Assembly (NCBI GenBank): GCA_963422735.1
Contig: OY730476.1
Span: forward strand, 1,120,001-1,184,000
DNA: 64,000 nt
Source of the DNA: Candidatus Latescibacterota bacterium
Lineage (GTDB): Bacteria > Latescibacterota > UBA2968 > UBA8231
Direction: 5' to 3'
The notes beneath the pieces were generated by a model that worked only from the letters and a program-made list of their open reading frames with translations, was not told the origin of the DNA and did no database searches. Position numbers and translations under genes: made by a program. The first letter of the stretch is position 1, and every line of letters begins with the position of its first letter. Below, in pieces: positions 35,475-46,907 of this stretch.

Positions 35475-35700
35475 GCAATAGAAGGCCAACGGCTTTGGCG
35501 ATCGAATACCGCGGCGGAAACGACACCAACCCATGCAGAGGATCGTTGGCGACCTCCATTTCTTCCATATCAAACCCAAAATCCCCGGCAATCGGCTCAA
35601 ACCGGGACTGAACATGACTACGAATATCACCTCGAAGGGTCGGCCCACACCAGATGGTATTGCGTCTCGTTGACGGCATGGCTCGTTCGACCTATGGGCC
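35475..35700 (-). mobile_element. tnpA: IS200/IS605 TnpA (Y1) remnant
   Basis: RTSHAVNETQYHLVWA / EEMEVANDPLHGLVSFPPRYSIAKAVG; HUH motif degenerate, truncated. Confidence 0.75.
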
Positions 35701-35985
35701 TCGGGGGGCAAAATAGGCTTGCCTACGCAAGCTGAACTCTTCCTCCCCTTCCAAGGGCCCTGCCGCCATCCGCATCGGGCCGTGGAAACGGGTCTGAGAT
35801 CCCAGCGGCCAAGGCGGCTGGGCTCTCTACAACATGGAAGAGCGAGAAAAAGGTAGCGTTAGGGAAATGGAAAAGCACTACCGAGCATGGGCCAACCGCG
35901 CAGAGGTCCTGCCTAGCCCATCAACCGAGGCGCGTGGAAATTCCCCGGTAGGTACCGGGACGGCCCGGCCACGTGGTCTAACGAC

Positions 35986-36009
35986 GGCTCCCACAAGGGA
36001 TGCCCCTAC
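35986..36009 (-). repeat. GTAG-type REP-like palindrome
   Basis: GTAGGGGCATCCCTTGTGGGAGCC, overlapping the stop of the solute-binding gene. Confidence 0.6.
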
Positions 36010-37584
36010 GGTGTAGCCCCTACCTTTTTGTACCTCTCCGCGCGCACCTGGTAGATTTCCCGCGCCTCGCGGGTCCTCTCCGTCCCACCCCGCTCCATCC
36101 ACTCGGCTACAAAATCGTCGAAAGAGTCGAGGGCGCGCTCGCCGCGCACCCTCTCGGCGTACGCGGTCCTCTGCACATTGCGCCGATCGCGCAGATACTG
36201 GATCGACGAGGGCACCCCGTCCGGCTTGCCGAAAAGGCCGGCCTGCGCCCACTCAGGGCGCTGATAGCGCGCGCGGTGTTCCAGCATCGCCGTCGGCAGG
36301 TACTGATCGGCCATGGCGGGCCGGACGCCGCAGGGCGCGAAAAAGCCGCCCGGGCCATCGACGTTCAACACGGTCAGATGCTTGCTGGCAGCATGGCGGT
36401 CATCGTAGGGCGGCAGAGGGTACAGTCCGCGCTCAGCGTCGAACTCCCAATGCACGCCCCGTTGCCCCATCCGCACATCGACGAAGAGCTTTTCCTCAAC
36501 CGCTAGTGCCTCGAAAATTTTGAGCATCCGCACGACCTTCTCAGGCGCTGCGGCCACCTGCTTGCCGAAGACGAAGACATGAGCGGCCGTGCTCCACACC
36601 CGCGCCCCGCGGAGGCCCTCCGGGCCGGCGGGGAACGGCCCGACCACCCCCTCGGCACCCGGCTGCAACGCAGCAATGACCGATACCAACGACGCCTTGT
36701 TGTACTGGTCAAAGCTGTTATAGCTGCCCTGGCCGAAGAGATAACCGGTCTTGCCGCTGACGAATTTCTGGTAGGGCATCGGGCTGCTCTTGATGGGGCC
36801 GATCGCAAAGTCGGGGTCAATCAGCCCATCGTCGTACCACTTGCGCAAAAGCCCCAGTATCTCTTTGACCTCGGGCCGAGTCCCGCCCCACACGACCTCG
36901 CCGTCGCGCAGCATCCAACCGTGCGGCGCGATTCCGTAGGCCCCGAAAACTTCGCCGAACGCCGTGAACCAAGCCTGCGCGTTGGGACCCATGCCGTAGG
37001 TGTCCTCTATCCCATTGCCATCTGGATCCTCGTGGCGAAACTTCCACAGCCGGCACCGGATAGCCGAGGCTGCTGCCCCAAGTGGGGATGCCGTAGTTGG
37101 CCCCTTTCCAGTAGGCGTAGAGCCACGTCGAGGGCGCGTACTCGTTGAGATAGCGCACCTAGTTGGGCGCGTGTTTTTGGATGACCTTGTAGGGAATGGG
37201 CAGCGCATAGCCGTGGTGAGCGTCCTTTTGCACCACGACCGGATCGCCGGCGTAGAACAAATCGGGCCCATTGCCGCCGGCAAAGACCAGCGGCCGACGC
37301 CGCATATAGGCAAAATGACGGGTAAACATCGGTTTGAAGTCGACGTTGAACCGCGCTTCGAGCCGCTTTTCGATCCAAGTGCCCTCGCGCACGGTGGGAA
37401 AGCGCGGGATGCTCATCCAAGCGATCTCGAGCGGCTCCGCCGGGTCATCGACGACCGCATCCCAGTCGATACTCCGTTCCGCCTCTGCCGCCTGCATCCT
37501 CCGCGCCTGCCGCTCGGCGAGGGCATACACCGTGCTGATACAGGCGAAAAACGCGAACAGGGCGAGCATTTTTTTCCGCGTCAT
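36006..37584 (-). pseudogene. Extracellular solute-binding protein (LplA-like), disrupted
   Basis: Signal peptide; DPDGNGIEDTYG and WYDDGLIDPDF; in-frame TAG at 37159 and a frameshift/deletion near 37060. Confidence 0.75.
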
Positions 37585-37611
37585 GGCAATCTAAGAAGCA
37601 GGGATTAGTAG

Positions 37612-37765
37612 CCACTGACCCCTGACCCCTGACCCCTGACCCCTGACCCCTGACCCCTGACCACTGACCACTGACCCCTAACCACTGACCACTGACCACT
37701 GACCACTAACCACTGACCACTGACCACTAACCACTGACCACTGACCACTAACCACTGACCCCTAA
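37612..37765. repeat. 22 tandem heptamers CC(A/C)CT(G/A)A
   Basis: 154 bp of uninterrupted 7-nt periodicity. Confidence 0.95.
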
Positions 37766-37800
37766 AAAAGGGAGACCGATCGAAGCCGATCTACCTCCCC
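37764..37800 (-). terminator. Probable intrinsic terminator
   Basis: GGGAGGTAGATCGGCTTCGATCGGTCTCCC followed by a T run, downstream of 37829. Confidence 0.55.
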
Positions 37801-37828
37801 AAGTTAAACCCGAAAACTACCGGGATAG

Positions 37829-38773
37829 CTACTGCATGTACGAAGCCTTGATGGGGCCCCAGCTATCGTTCTCAACGGCGGTTGGCAAAAGCTCCATCTG
37901 CGCCGGCAGCAGGATGAAGTCGGTGATGCACTTGCCGTCGCCGTTGCCGCAGCGCTGACCGCCCATGCGCCAAGCGGCGAAGCGGCGGTCGGTTTCGTTG
38001 TCAGTGCCCACATCGTTGTCGATGATCGCGATGCCCAGCCCGACGATGTCGTTTTCGCTGAAGGCGTGCTGGACGCTGTTTTCGGGCGACGCGTGGTCGA
38101 AGTCGTCCCAGCCTAGGGTCCACCACTCCGCTTGGAAGGTCGCCTCGGTGGCATGCGCGCCATTGAGATTGAAGGAGTCCCCGCAGCACGAATAGGGCTC
38201 GGCGTCGTGCCAAGTAGCGCTTGAGGGCCCAAGCCCGTTCCAGCCGATCGGTTCCATCGGTGGCCAGCGGTAGGGGCTCATCTGGTTGAGGCGGCCCCGA
38301 TTGCGCAGCACTTCCTCCTCGGTGTCAAAATCGTCGGCGCCAAACCACGAGACCTCGCCGCCGTGATGGGCGTCGAGGTTGATCTCAAAGCGGTCGTCGC
38401 CGCCAGCGCCACCCACGCCGCCGGCATCGCGACCCCACCGATCGTCGAAGCGGTCCTAGACCAAGTAGAGGCGGTCCAGCTCGTCGTTCCAACCTGAAGT
38501 CCAGCGGAAGTTCAGATCGGCGGTATAGACCTCGGCCCCAACCTCGCCGGCCACTACCACGTGCAGGAGTTCGCCGTTGAACTCGCTAAACGGCGTCAGC
38601 CACAACGTGTCGGGCACTACGTCCCAATCGGAACTATCGCCGGCCATCACCGGCAGATGCGACGTGGGCCACTGCCAGACGCCCAAGATCAAGCCCTCGG
38701 GCACGGGTGCAACAGAAGGCGAGCTCAGGCCCAAAAGCGATACGGCCACACTCAACGTCAATAGTTTCCTCAT
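37829..38773 (-). pseudogene. Secreted CBM9/DOMON-like protein with a C-terminal TAV..SWG.IK motif; in-frame TAG at 38456
   Basis: MRKLLTL signal peptide, AGGAGAGG RBS; the two ORF-track pieces are in one frame separated by a single TAG. Confidence 0.7.
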
Positions 38774-38948
38774 GTCTTGTCTCCCTCTCCTAAATGGGGG
38801 TTGCTTCGATAAAATTCTCGCGCCGAGGTACTCGGAGAGCACTCTGCATCGCATTAGGTTGTTCGTCATAACAAATGGCTCTTATCTTGTTAATGTATTT
38901 TTAGCTAAGCACCTTCGGCCTAGAGGGCGCGTTGGCATCCTCGAAATT

Positions 38949-39508
38949 ATGCTACGGATCGTCTCCATCCTCCGCGCGCTCTGCCCAGCGGCCTCCCAAG
39001 CCCAGCAACCCGGCTCCGAGCGCATGGTAGCTCGCCAGCGAAGTCCGCGACCGGCCAATTGCCTGCTCAACCACACCATTGCCTCCTGTCTGCTGCCCAT
39101 CCAAAACGAGGGGTCCAAGGCTCGCGGGCTGCCCTTGAACAGTACGCAGCGATCCTGCACGCAGATCGCTGGTTGCTCAACATCGCCTACACGACCCTCA
39201 GCGGGCCTATGACGGCGACTTCTACCAGGATGTCCCTTTTGTGGCCATCACTCCCTCCGCCTCAATGGCATCCGCGACATCTACGCCACCGTTGGATCGG
39301 GCGGCAGCTTCGGCGCGTCGAGCCTACAACAGGAGATTGGTTCAGGCCGCGCCGATACGCTTCTTTTTGTGAAAGTTACCTGGCCGACAACAGGGCAAAA
39401 ACAGCGTTTCTACGACCTCGCCACGGACCAAATCGTCCACATCCGCCAAGGAGACGCCGCGCCCACCCCGATCACCTCAACCGCCTCTCCCTCTCCTCTG
39501 CCCATTAG
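38949..39508 (+). pseudogene. CRTAC1-family (ASPIC/UnbV) protein remnant
   Basis: RDIYATVGSGGSFGASSLQQEIG...VTWPTTGQKQRF..LATDQIVHIRQG; most of the gene is deleted. Confidence 0.65.
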
Positions 39509-39511
39509 CCC

Positions 39512-41109
39512 CTAATGTCCCTCGACTGATCGGATCGCCTCTTCCACCGTCCGCCGTCCCTCGCTCCGCACCCCAATCTCGGCATACGCAGAAAGCGCCT
39601 GTTGCAACGCCTCTAGTGCCCGCTCCTGCGCACCCTGCTTGCGGTACACCAACCCGATATTGCCCAAGCTCTGCGCCTCTCCCTGCCGGTGCCCAACCAA
39701 CTGAAAAACGTGCAGCGCGTCGCTAAATGCCTTGAGTGCCTTGTCCAAGCGACCCTGCTCAAAGTAGATATTGCCGATATTGCTCAGTTGCGCGGCCTCG
39801 CCTTGGCGGTTGCCCACCTGTGTGAAGGCGTACAGGGCATTTTGGAAGGAGGCGAGCGCCTCGTCGATCTTGCCTTGGCGGAAGTGGATGTGGCCGATGT
39901 AGTCGAGTTGGGTCGCCCCCTCGGCGTAGAGATCGAATTCACAGTACAGCTCCAAGGCCGCGCTATAGGCTCTTATCGCCTCGTCTAGACGACCCTGCTT
40001 TTGCAGCACTTGACCGATCTTGCTCGACTGGACGGCTCGGCCACGCGGATGGCCGTGAGCCACGTAAATCTCCAGTGCCGCCTCAAAGGCGGACCGCGCC
40101 GAATCCAAACGACCCTGCTGAAAAAAGAGGCGCGCCATGCGGTCAAGCGTTTCGGCTTGATGCTCTACTTTCTCTTGCGCCTGATGTATAGAAAGCGCCT
40201 CGCGGTAAGCGACCAGCGCCGCCTCTAGATCGTTCTGCTGCTGGTATATTTGTCCAATCCGCACTAACTGGGTTGCGCGGGCCGCTTCGTCAGCTAGGTG
40301 CTCGAGGACGGCCAGTCCTTCGGCAAAATAAAAGTGCGCCGAATCAAGTCTGCTCTCGTCTAGGTGGAGATTGCCGATATTCGTCAGTCCGCCGGCTTGG
40401 CCGCGCAAATACCCCTCGTCTCGGTAGAGCGCGAGTGCCTCCGAGAAGGCCGCCAGTGCCGAATCCGCCGCGCCCCGAGCGAAGTAAACCATGCCTCTCG
40501 CGCCAGTCCGAGACGATCACCGACCCGCCGGTGCCCATCCCGGGCCTGCTTTAGAAAGTCGAGCGCCTGCCCTAAATCGCCCCCCATGAAATAGGCCGCG
40601 CCCAGATCGCCGAGCGCTTGGGCCTCGCCGGCGACAAAGCCGTTCTGCCGGTGTAGCACCACCGCACTTTGGTAGGACACCAACGCCGAGTCGAGACGCC
40701 CTAGAAGCTGATGGGCCAGGCCCAAATTGCCTAGCAAAGCGGCTTGAACATCTTCTTGTGCAGCTTTAGAAAGTTCCAGTCCCTTTACCAGCACCTCCCC
40801 AGCCCGGCTATACTCGCCAGCGCACAGCAGGGCGACCCCTGCATTGAGCCAAATCGCCGGCGACGGTCGCCTCGCAGCAGCCTGCAAATAGCTCGCAGCC
40901 GCAGCAGTGCAGCGACCCGCGCCGAGATGATCTTCGCCAGCGGTAAAGTACGCCCGCGCCGCAGCGGTCTCTTCGCCCTCTTCGGCGAAATTGACCCGCG
41001 CCGCCTTCATCACCACCAGCCCATGCGGGCTCTCGTAGAGGACGAGAGGCACTTCTTTCGCGAACTCACAGGCCGCAAACAGCGCAAGCAGCAGAACGCG
41101 ATAGATCAC
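39512..41109 (-). pseudogene. TPR-repeat lipoprotein, frameshifted near 40500
   Basis: Lipobox FAAC; repeated GEA..L.NIG.IY..QG..D.AL units continue across two frames. Confidence 0.8.
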
Positions 41110-41121
41110 GGCCGCGTTTTC

Positions 41122-41865
41122 CTACTCGGCTTCGCTTTGGCTCAATACCGACCGGCTGTCGAAATGCACCACCCCAAAGCGCTGGGGCACGTGGAATTGC
41201 GGCTTGGGCGCCAAGGTATTGGACCAAGTGATATACTGTAGATTGACCGCGCCGCCCGTGCGATACAGGTTGAGGCGCCACACATCGCCAGCGGCCGGGG
41301 GCAGGCGGGGGGCGTATGGAGCGAAGACGGCAAAGGGAAGGACAATCTCCGCGGTCCAGAGTGTATCCTGATCTGTCTCGTGGTTGAGTGTGCCCTGAAT
41401 GTCGATGGCCGCCTGTACGCCCTCGCCGTTCCATCTGGACGAACGATCGGAGCGCGGCGAGCGGTCCAGAATCGTGCCCAAGGCGTTGAATTCAAAGTTG
41501 AAATAGCTGGTGACTTGGCTGGTGTCTGGGGCGATGAATACCTCGACGCAATCGTCGCGCGATACCGGACTGTCGCGCTCGGTCAAGGTGGCCGAAATGT
41601 GCGGATCGTGCGCGGTGAAGGCGACGTACAGATGGACGTCGTCCCACAGCAAGCGGGCTTCGGTGCGATCCTTGGCACCTTCAGTCCACCAAGGGAAGAC
41701 GAACTGGTCGATGACTTGAGCGGCCTCCCAGGAAGGCTCATTGAGGCGGCCGTCCACAGCGATAGGTCCGGCGGCGCGGCGGATGGTGTGGTGCGGCAGG
41801 GCATCCTCGGCGGGAGCGGCGGAGGCGGCCAAGGCGAAGCAGAGGGTGGAGACGAGATAGCGCAT
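41122..41865 (-). CDS. Carbohydrate-binding family 9-like secreted protein
   Basis: IAVDGRLNEPSW, ARLLWDD, DDCVEVFI, WRLNLYR, FHVPQRFG. Confidence 0.85.
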   Translation of the reverse strand: MRYLVSTLCFALAASAAPAEDALPHHTIRRAAGPIAVDGRLNEPSWEAAQVIDQFVFPWWTEGAKDRTEARLLWDDVHLYVAFTAHDPHISATLTERDSPVSRDDCVEVFIAPDTSQVTSYFNFEFNALGTILDRSPRSDRSSRWNGEGVQAAIDIQGTLNHETDQDTLWTAEIVLPFAVFAPYAPRLPPAAGDVWRLNLYRTGGAVNLQYITWSNTLAPKPQFHVPQRFGVVHFDSRSVLSQSEAE

Positions 41866-42114
41866 GGGGTTTTCCAATCGAAGGGTACGCTTTAAGTCAC
41901 AAAAGACCTTCACGCCAGTTCTTTTTGAACTCGGGTCTTACTCCAGCAGGGTTGAATCCCAGAAGCCCGGGCCTGCTGCACCATTTCCCGTTCTGTCAGA
42001 CCGGAGATTTCTTCTGCCCAGCCAATCGCTATAAGCCCTACTTATAGAGCCACAGAGCCCGCGTCTTCTTGCCGCTGTGGACGCTTGGCTCAGCGAGCTC
42101 ATAGTCGAAATGCG

Positions 42115-42653
42115 TCAGGGTAATACGGGTGATCTTGACATTTCGCGCCATGGCGATAGCTCCTCTATACCTCTTTCACGTCGCCGAACAGGTGGAGTTT
42201 GATGGCTTTGTAGCCCCGGCTGACGCAATCGCGCACCAGCGGCTCGTAGTCCTCGACCATCTCTTGGGTGAAAGTGCTGGCATAGGCGCACCTTGTCTCG
42301 ATAAGCGCCCAGATGCTTGTAGAAGGGCGCGCCGCCTTGGCGGCCAAGTCCCACAACGCCACGTTGAACGCCCCTAAGGCACTGACAATTCCGGGCCCCA
42401 TCCGACCCATATCCCATATCCGCTGCCAGATCTTCTCACGGTCCAACGCGTTTTCCCCAACCATTAGCGGCTTGAGCAACCGCGCGGTCTGCCGGCCAAG
42501 TCCTTCGCCGAACCGCGTAGCGATGCAGTACCCTTCGACGCCGTTGTCATCAACCACCTGCAACAGAAAAGCGTCGCGTGCGGCGGAGGGGCGCGAAAAG
42601 CCGTCGCGCCAGCGATAGGAAAAGCGCGGCACTTTGATTTCTTTGATTCTCAT
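42115..42653 (-). pseudogene. Mandelate racemase/enolase family, truncated
   Basis: ALWDLAAKAA, AYAST, GYKAIKLH, then ends; TIM barrel missing. Confidence 0.75.
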
Positions 42654-42683
42654 CTCGCTCTTGCTTTCAGTTAATAGCCCGTC

Positions 42684-44154
42684 TCAATCTTCATCCGCCG
42701 CCAGCGGTCCCACAGCACCCAAACGCAGCGCGGGATAGAGCGTTTCAAAAAGCGGCGTGTCACCGGTATCGCGGGCATAGCGCCAATAAAGCCGCGTCAT
42801 TTTTTTTACCTGCTCGTCATAGGCTGGATCCTGCGCCAGATTCTTCATCTCATAAGGGTCTTCGTCGAGCTGGTACAACTCGTCGAAATCAAAGCCTTAA
42901 ACACAAACTTCCACGCCCCGTCCCACACCACCCGCTGCGTCAGCCGGTGGCGATTGCCAAAGTATTCGGCATAACCTCGGGTCCATTCGTCGGCGACATT
43001 TGCCGGTTCGCGCAACAGCTTGGCAAAAGAGTGGGAGTCGGCCACATCAATAGGCTCGCAGTCGGTCAGTTCCAACAACGTCGGGCACAGATCGTGCAAG
43101 CCAACTCGGCCCTGGCAAATAGCGGCCCTGGCAATCCGAGGCCCACGCACAATAAGCGGCACCTGATACACTTCTTCGAACGCGGAAATATCCTTGAAGA
43201 ACAGACCGTGTGCTCCCAACAAATCCCCGTGGTCGGCGCACATTACGACAATCGTGTCGTCGAGTGTGCCCGTCTCTTCGAGAAAGCCGATCACCCGCCC
43301 GAATTGAGCATCTATTTCGCTAATTGACGCGAAGTAACACGCTCGCGCTGTACGCTTGTGCTCCTCGTTGAGCTGGCGCCAAATGCCCTGCGCCCGCCGA
43401 TAAAGCCCCGGCCGGTCCGCCAGATCATCGTCGGCATTGGGCGGCGGCGGTAGCTCTTGCTTATCATAGCGGTCGTACCATTCGCAGCCAGCGATAAAAG
43501 GATCGTGCGGCTCTGCAAAGCTGACGAAAGCACACCACGGATCGTCGCCTTGCACTGCCTCCTCCAGATAGCGCAGCGCCAGCGTCGTCGTCAGCCCCAT
43601 GCCGCGCTCTGCCGCCGGCCGGCCGGTCACCCCATAGAGCAAATGAGGCCCATAGCCGTGCGGCTCTTCGAGATAATGCGCCGGATCGCATTGCGGCCGC
43701 TGCGGCCTACCTCCCAGCACCTCGGCGACCAACTCATTGTGGAGCGCACCACCAACGACCCCGTTGACCTGCCAGCCGAAACGGCCCAGCACATCATCGC
43801 GCTCAATGTGCCACTTGCCGAAATACCCCGTGCGATAGCCAGCGTCCACCATGCGCTCGGCCCAATGCGCTTTATGGGTGCGCAGCGCATGTAAATCCGG
43901 CACCTTGGGATAGAGCACCTCCAGCACTCCATGGTTGTGCGGCATCAGCCCGGTCATCAGACTCGCCCGGGTCGGCGAGCAAATATTATTGGGAGTATAG
44001 GCGCGAGTAAAACGCACCCCCTCCCCGGCGAGCCGATCCAAGTGAGGAGTTTGACAGACGTGATCCGGGTCAAGCACACGGGCCTGCATCTGGTCGGCCA
44101 TTAAAAAAAGAATATTGGGTCTCCGGTGGTTAGTGATCAGTGGTTAGTGATCAC
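42684..44154 (-). pseudogene. Sulfatase (FGly type), frameshifted near 42895 and at its start
   Basis: RPNILFLMADQ, CSPTRASLMTG, GYFGKWH, DHGD; C-terminal ELYQLDEDPYEMKNLA in another frame. Confidence 0.85.
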
Positions 44155-44225
44155 TGATTAGTCCCCCGGCCCCTAGGTGCGGGGGGAACTGGCCACTGGC
44201 CACTGGCCACTGGCCACTAACCACT
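44126..44225. repeat. Inverted heptamer arrays around a GC-rich hairpin
   Basis: AGTGGTT/AGTGATC units on the left, CCCCCG...CGGGGG core, ACTGGCC/ACTAACC units on the right. Confidence 0.8.
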
Positions 44226-46125
44226 TTAATACGCCAGCGAGACGATGCGCGAGCGGGCCTTGGTGCCGCCGTCGGTCTCTACCTCGAGGCGCAGAACGTA
44301 CAGCCCGGGAGCAAGCCGGGCACCCCTTTCATCCCGGCCATCCCACACCGTGGAAAACTGTCCGCTCTGCGCGGGTCCGCGGAAGACCTCGCCGATCCGT
44401 ACGCCCTGCAAATCGTAGAGCACCACTGCTAATTCGGCCTTCCCGATCACATTCAACAGATCGCATTCAATCCGCACTGCGTCGTTGATCTGGTCCCCGT
44501 TGGGCGTAAACGCCGCTGGCACGAGCTTGAGCGCACCGATCACTTGCCCGGCGATGTTGGTCAGCCCCACGCTCAGCGTATTGCCCTCAACCCGCTCCAC
44601 TACTTCGCCCGGCGTCATTACTTGGCGCACTTCCTGCGGCCGAGTGCTGTCGTACACGCGGCCCGAGAACAGGGTGCCAAACTTGAACACCTCACAGCGA
44701 AAGACCACTTCAATCAGCTCGCCATCGCGCGCTTGGTCTATCCGCGGGACGCCGACTGCAAAGCCGCGCCCATCGAGCCGCCGCACCTCAAAGGCAACCT
44801 CCTCGCCGCTGTAGCGCACCGCGTCAATGCCCTCCGCCTGAGTCGGCGTATCAATCTCGATAGTGTCGAAACCCAAGTCCCCGGCTTCTAGGCGCGGTAG
44901 CAGCATGTATGTAAATGAACTCGGTCGCCGCGCCCGTGGGTGCTAGGGGGAGCGCAATCTCGGCCAAAACCAAGGCAGCCACCGGCGGCTTAGACACGGC
45001 GAATTGCACGAAATTCAGCCGCCCACCCGCTTCTACCGTGGACTGGAAGTTCGCCCTGATCTGCACGAACTGCCGAGGTTGCGTCCCCTGCATCGGAGCG
45101 CTACCCAACGCCAAGTCGTAGGCCGCGCTCCAGCCCTCCCAGTTTTCAGTATCGGGTGTGATTCCAGCCTGCTGTGCCCTCTCCAGTCGGTTGTACGACC
45201 GCAGCGTCAAAGGCCGCCCTCGGGTATCCAGCCGGGTCTGCTCATCGCCGCGGAACGTGCTGCGCCAATAGGTGTTGGGGTCGCTGTCGTCGCCGGCGCG
45301 CGTACTGAGCTCGATTTGCGCGCCGGGATCGACTTGGGTGTTCCAGCTTAGTTTGCCCAGCGCCGCCCGCCCACCCAAATCGAGGACATTGGACACGTAG
45401 CGCGCCGTTGGCGTGAAGCCCTTGCCGTAGATTTCGAACTCGGCGATTTCCCAGATGCCTTGGGTGTTTTCAGGCGCTTCAAAGAGCATGCGGCGAATTG
45501 GTACCGGCGGCAGATCCAGTTCGACCACCGAGGTCGTATTCTCGGTAGCCTGATGTACGATGTCGAAGTCGAAGAAGGAGCCGCGCGTGCCCTCCTTGAG
45601 CGGGTTGCCATCGCTGATGCCGATGATAAAGCGCTGTAGGAAGCGCTCGTCCTCAAAGCGCTCGCGCAGATAGAACTTGACGCGCTCGACTGTGAAGTTG
45701 CCGCCGAACTCAAAAATTAGACTCTTATTGCGCACGCCGATGCCCGAGGTGGTCCAATGCCCGTCGCCCAAGAAGACGGTCTCTACATCTTCGTCCCAGA
45801 GCACGGCCTCGGTGTCGCCGCTTTGCTCCCAGCCCCGCCAAACCAGCGTCTGCACTCGGCCACCGCGCTCCTTGAGGCGCGGTGTCAGGTTTACCGATGG
45901 GTCCAGTTGCTCCGGCTCGATGAAGTCCGCATCGAGCTTCAGGGATTCGACTTGGCCGTGCTGCGCGGATTCCACCCCCTCCCAATCGAGCTGCACAAAT
46001 TCCACCCCCTCGGCCAACTCCGGCCTCGGCAGCGAGGAACCGCCGATTCGATAAATCGTCAGCGCATCTGCGCCGCTAGTCAGCCAAGCGGACACGAGCA
46101 CAAGTCGGGTACAGGTCTTTAGCAT
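44226..46125 (-). pseudogene. Large secreted protein with C-terminal FlgD-Ig domain, frameshifted by a 4-bp duplication at 44905-44912
   Basis: Signal peptide; FTPNGDQIND...VWDGRDERG...GLYVL; removing one ATGT joins the two ORFs. Confidence 0.8.
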
Positions 46126-46209
46126 AACCGTGGCCCTCTTTAAGACACGAGGGTCCTCTGGCGAGATAGGCGGTAATAATCCAATGACGCGCCAAAGGAA
46201 CTAGAAGAG

Positions 46210-46519
46210 CTAAACAGCAACAACTCTCTGTTGTCCTTCTCTATCTTCTGAGGGAATAATGTGGAACTCAATATCGAGATTCAGTCGGTTGAGAAACGTC
46301 ATTAACTGCTCAACGCTGTAATGGTTAAACTTGCCCTGCTTTAGGTTGCTTCACCCCTAAAATTTTCGCGGCCTCCGCTTGGGTCAGCTTCCGGTTTTCT
46401 ATAATTTGAAACACCTTAAACCCAAGTGTTGCCCTGAGAAACAATTCCTCCGCATCTGGCAAGCCGAGATCCTCAAACACATTACCCGAACTTTTTTCAA
46501 ACGCAATCTCCCTGCTCAT
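46210..46519 (-). pseudogene. HigA-like XRE antitoxin, frameshifted
   Basis: SSGNVFEDLG...LTQAEAAKILGVKQP / FNHYSVEQLMTFLNRL. Confidence 0.75.
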
Positions 46520-46522
46520 AAT

Positions 46523-46835
46523 TTATTCTCCTCCAGTTCTCGCGCCACTCGCAGACGTCTCTTGACAAGATCTATCTCTTTCTTTGGAGTTTTCATTCAT
46601 CCTATCGCCAATTTTCACCGAATACACGGAGCGGTAAGTGTCTGTTCTGTGCTCTGCCCATATTTCAAAAACTTCGGAATCAACGCCCCTAAATGGTTTA
46701 GTCGCCGGAGACATGCTTCCCGCCGGTGCAATAAATAGAGCGTCACCTATATCCTTTTGAATAGACTCCGCGCTGCCTTGCCTTGGAATCCCCGACCCAT
46801 ATAGCCTCTTTTAAGTTTAGTCTTTCGCGATTCAT
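46523..46835 (-). pseudogene. RelE/Gp49-like toxin, eroded
   Basis: IWVGDSK, KPFRGVDSEVFEI...DTYRSVYSVKIG; stops and deletions. Confidence 0.7.
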
Positions 46836-46907
46836 AAAGCATTATAACATTAATAACCAATAGGACATAAACAGGTCAATGTCCTATTCGGTTGTTATAT
46901 GCCTTCT

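Noticed and set aside
37612-37765. CRISPR array
   Set aside because: Contiguous 7-nt units with no spacers and no cas genes.
7989-38458. Genome-wide TAG readthrough or recoding
   Set aside because: In-frame TAGs co-occur with frameshifts, imply different residues (Gln or Tyr), and many intact genes end in TAG at the expected position.
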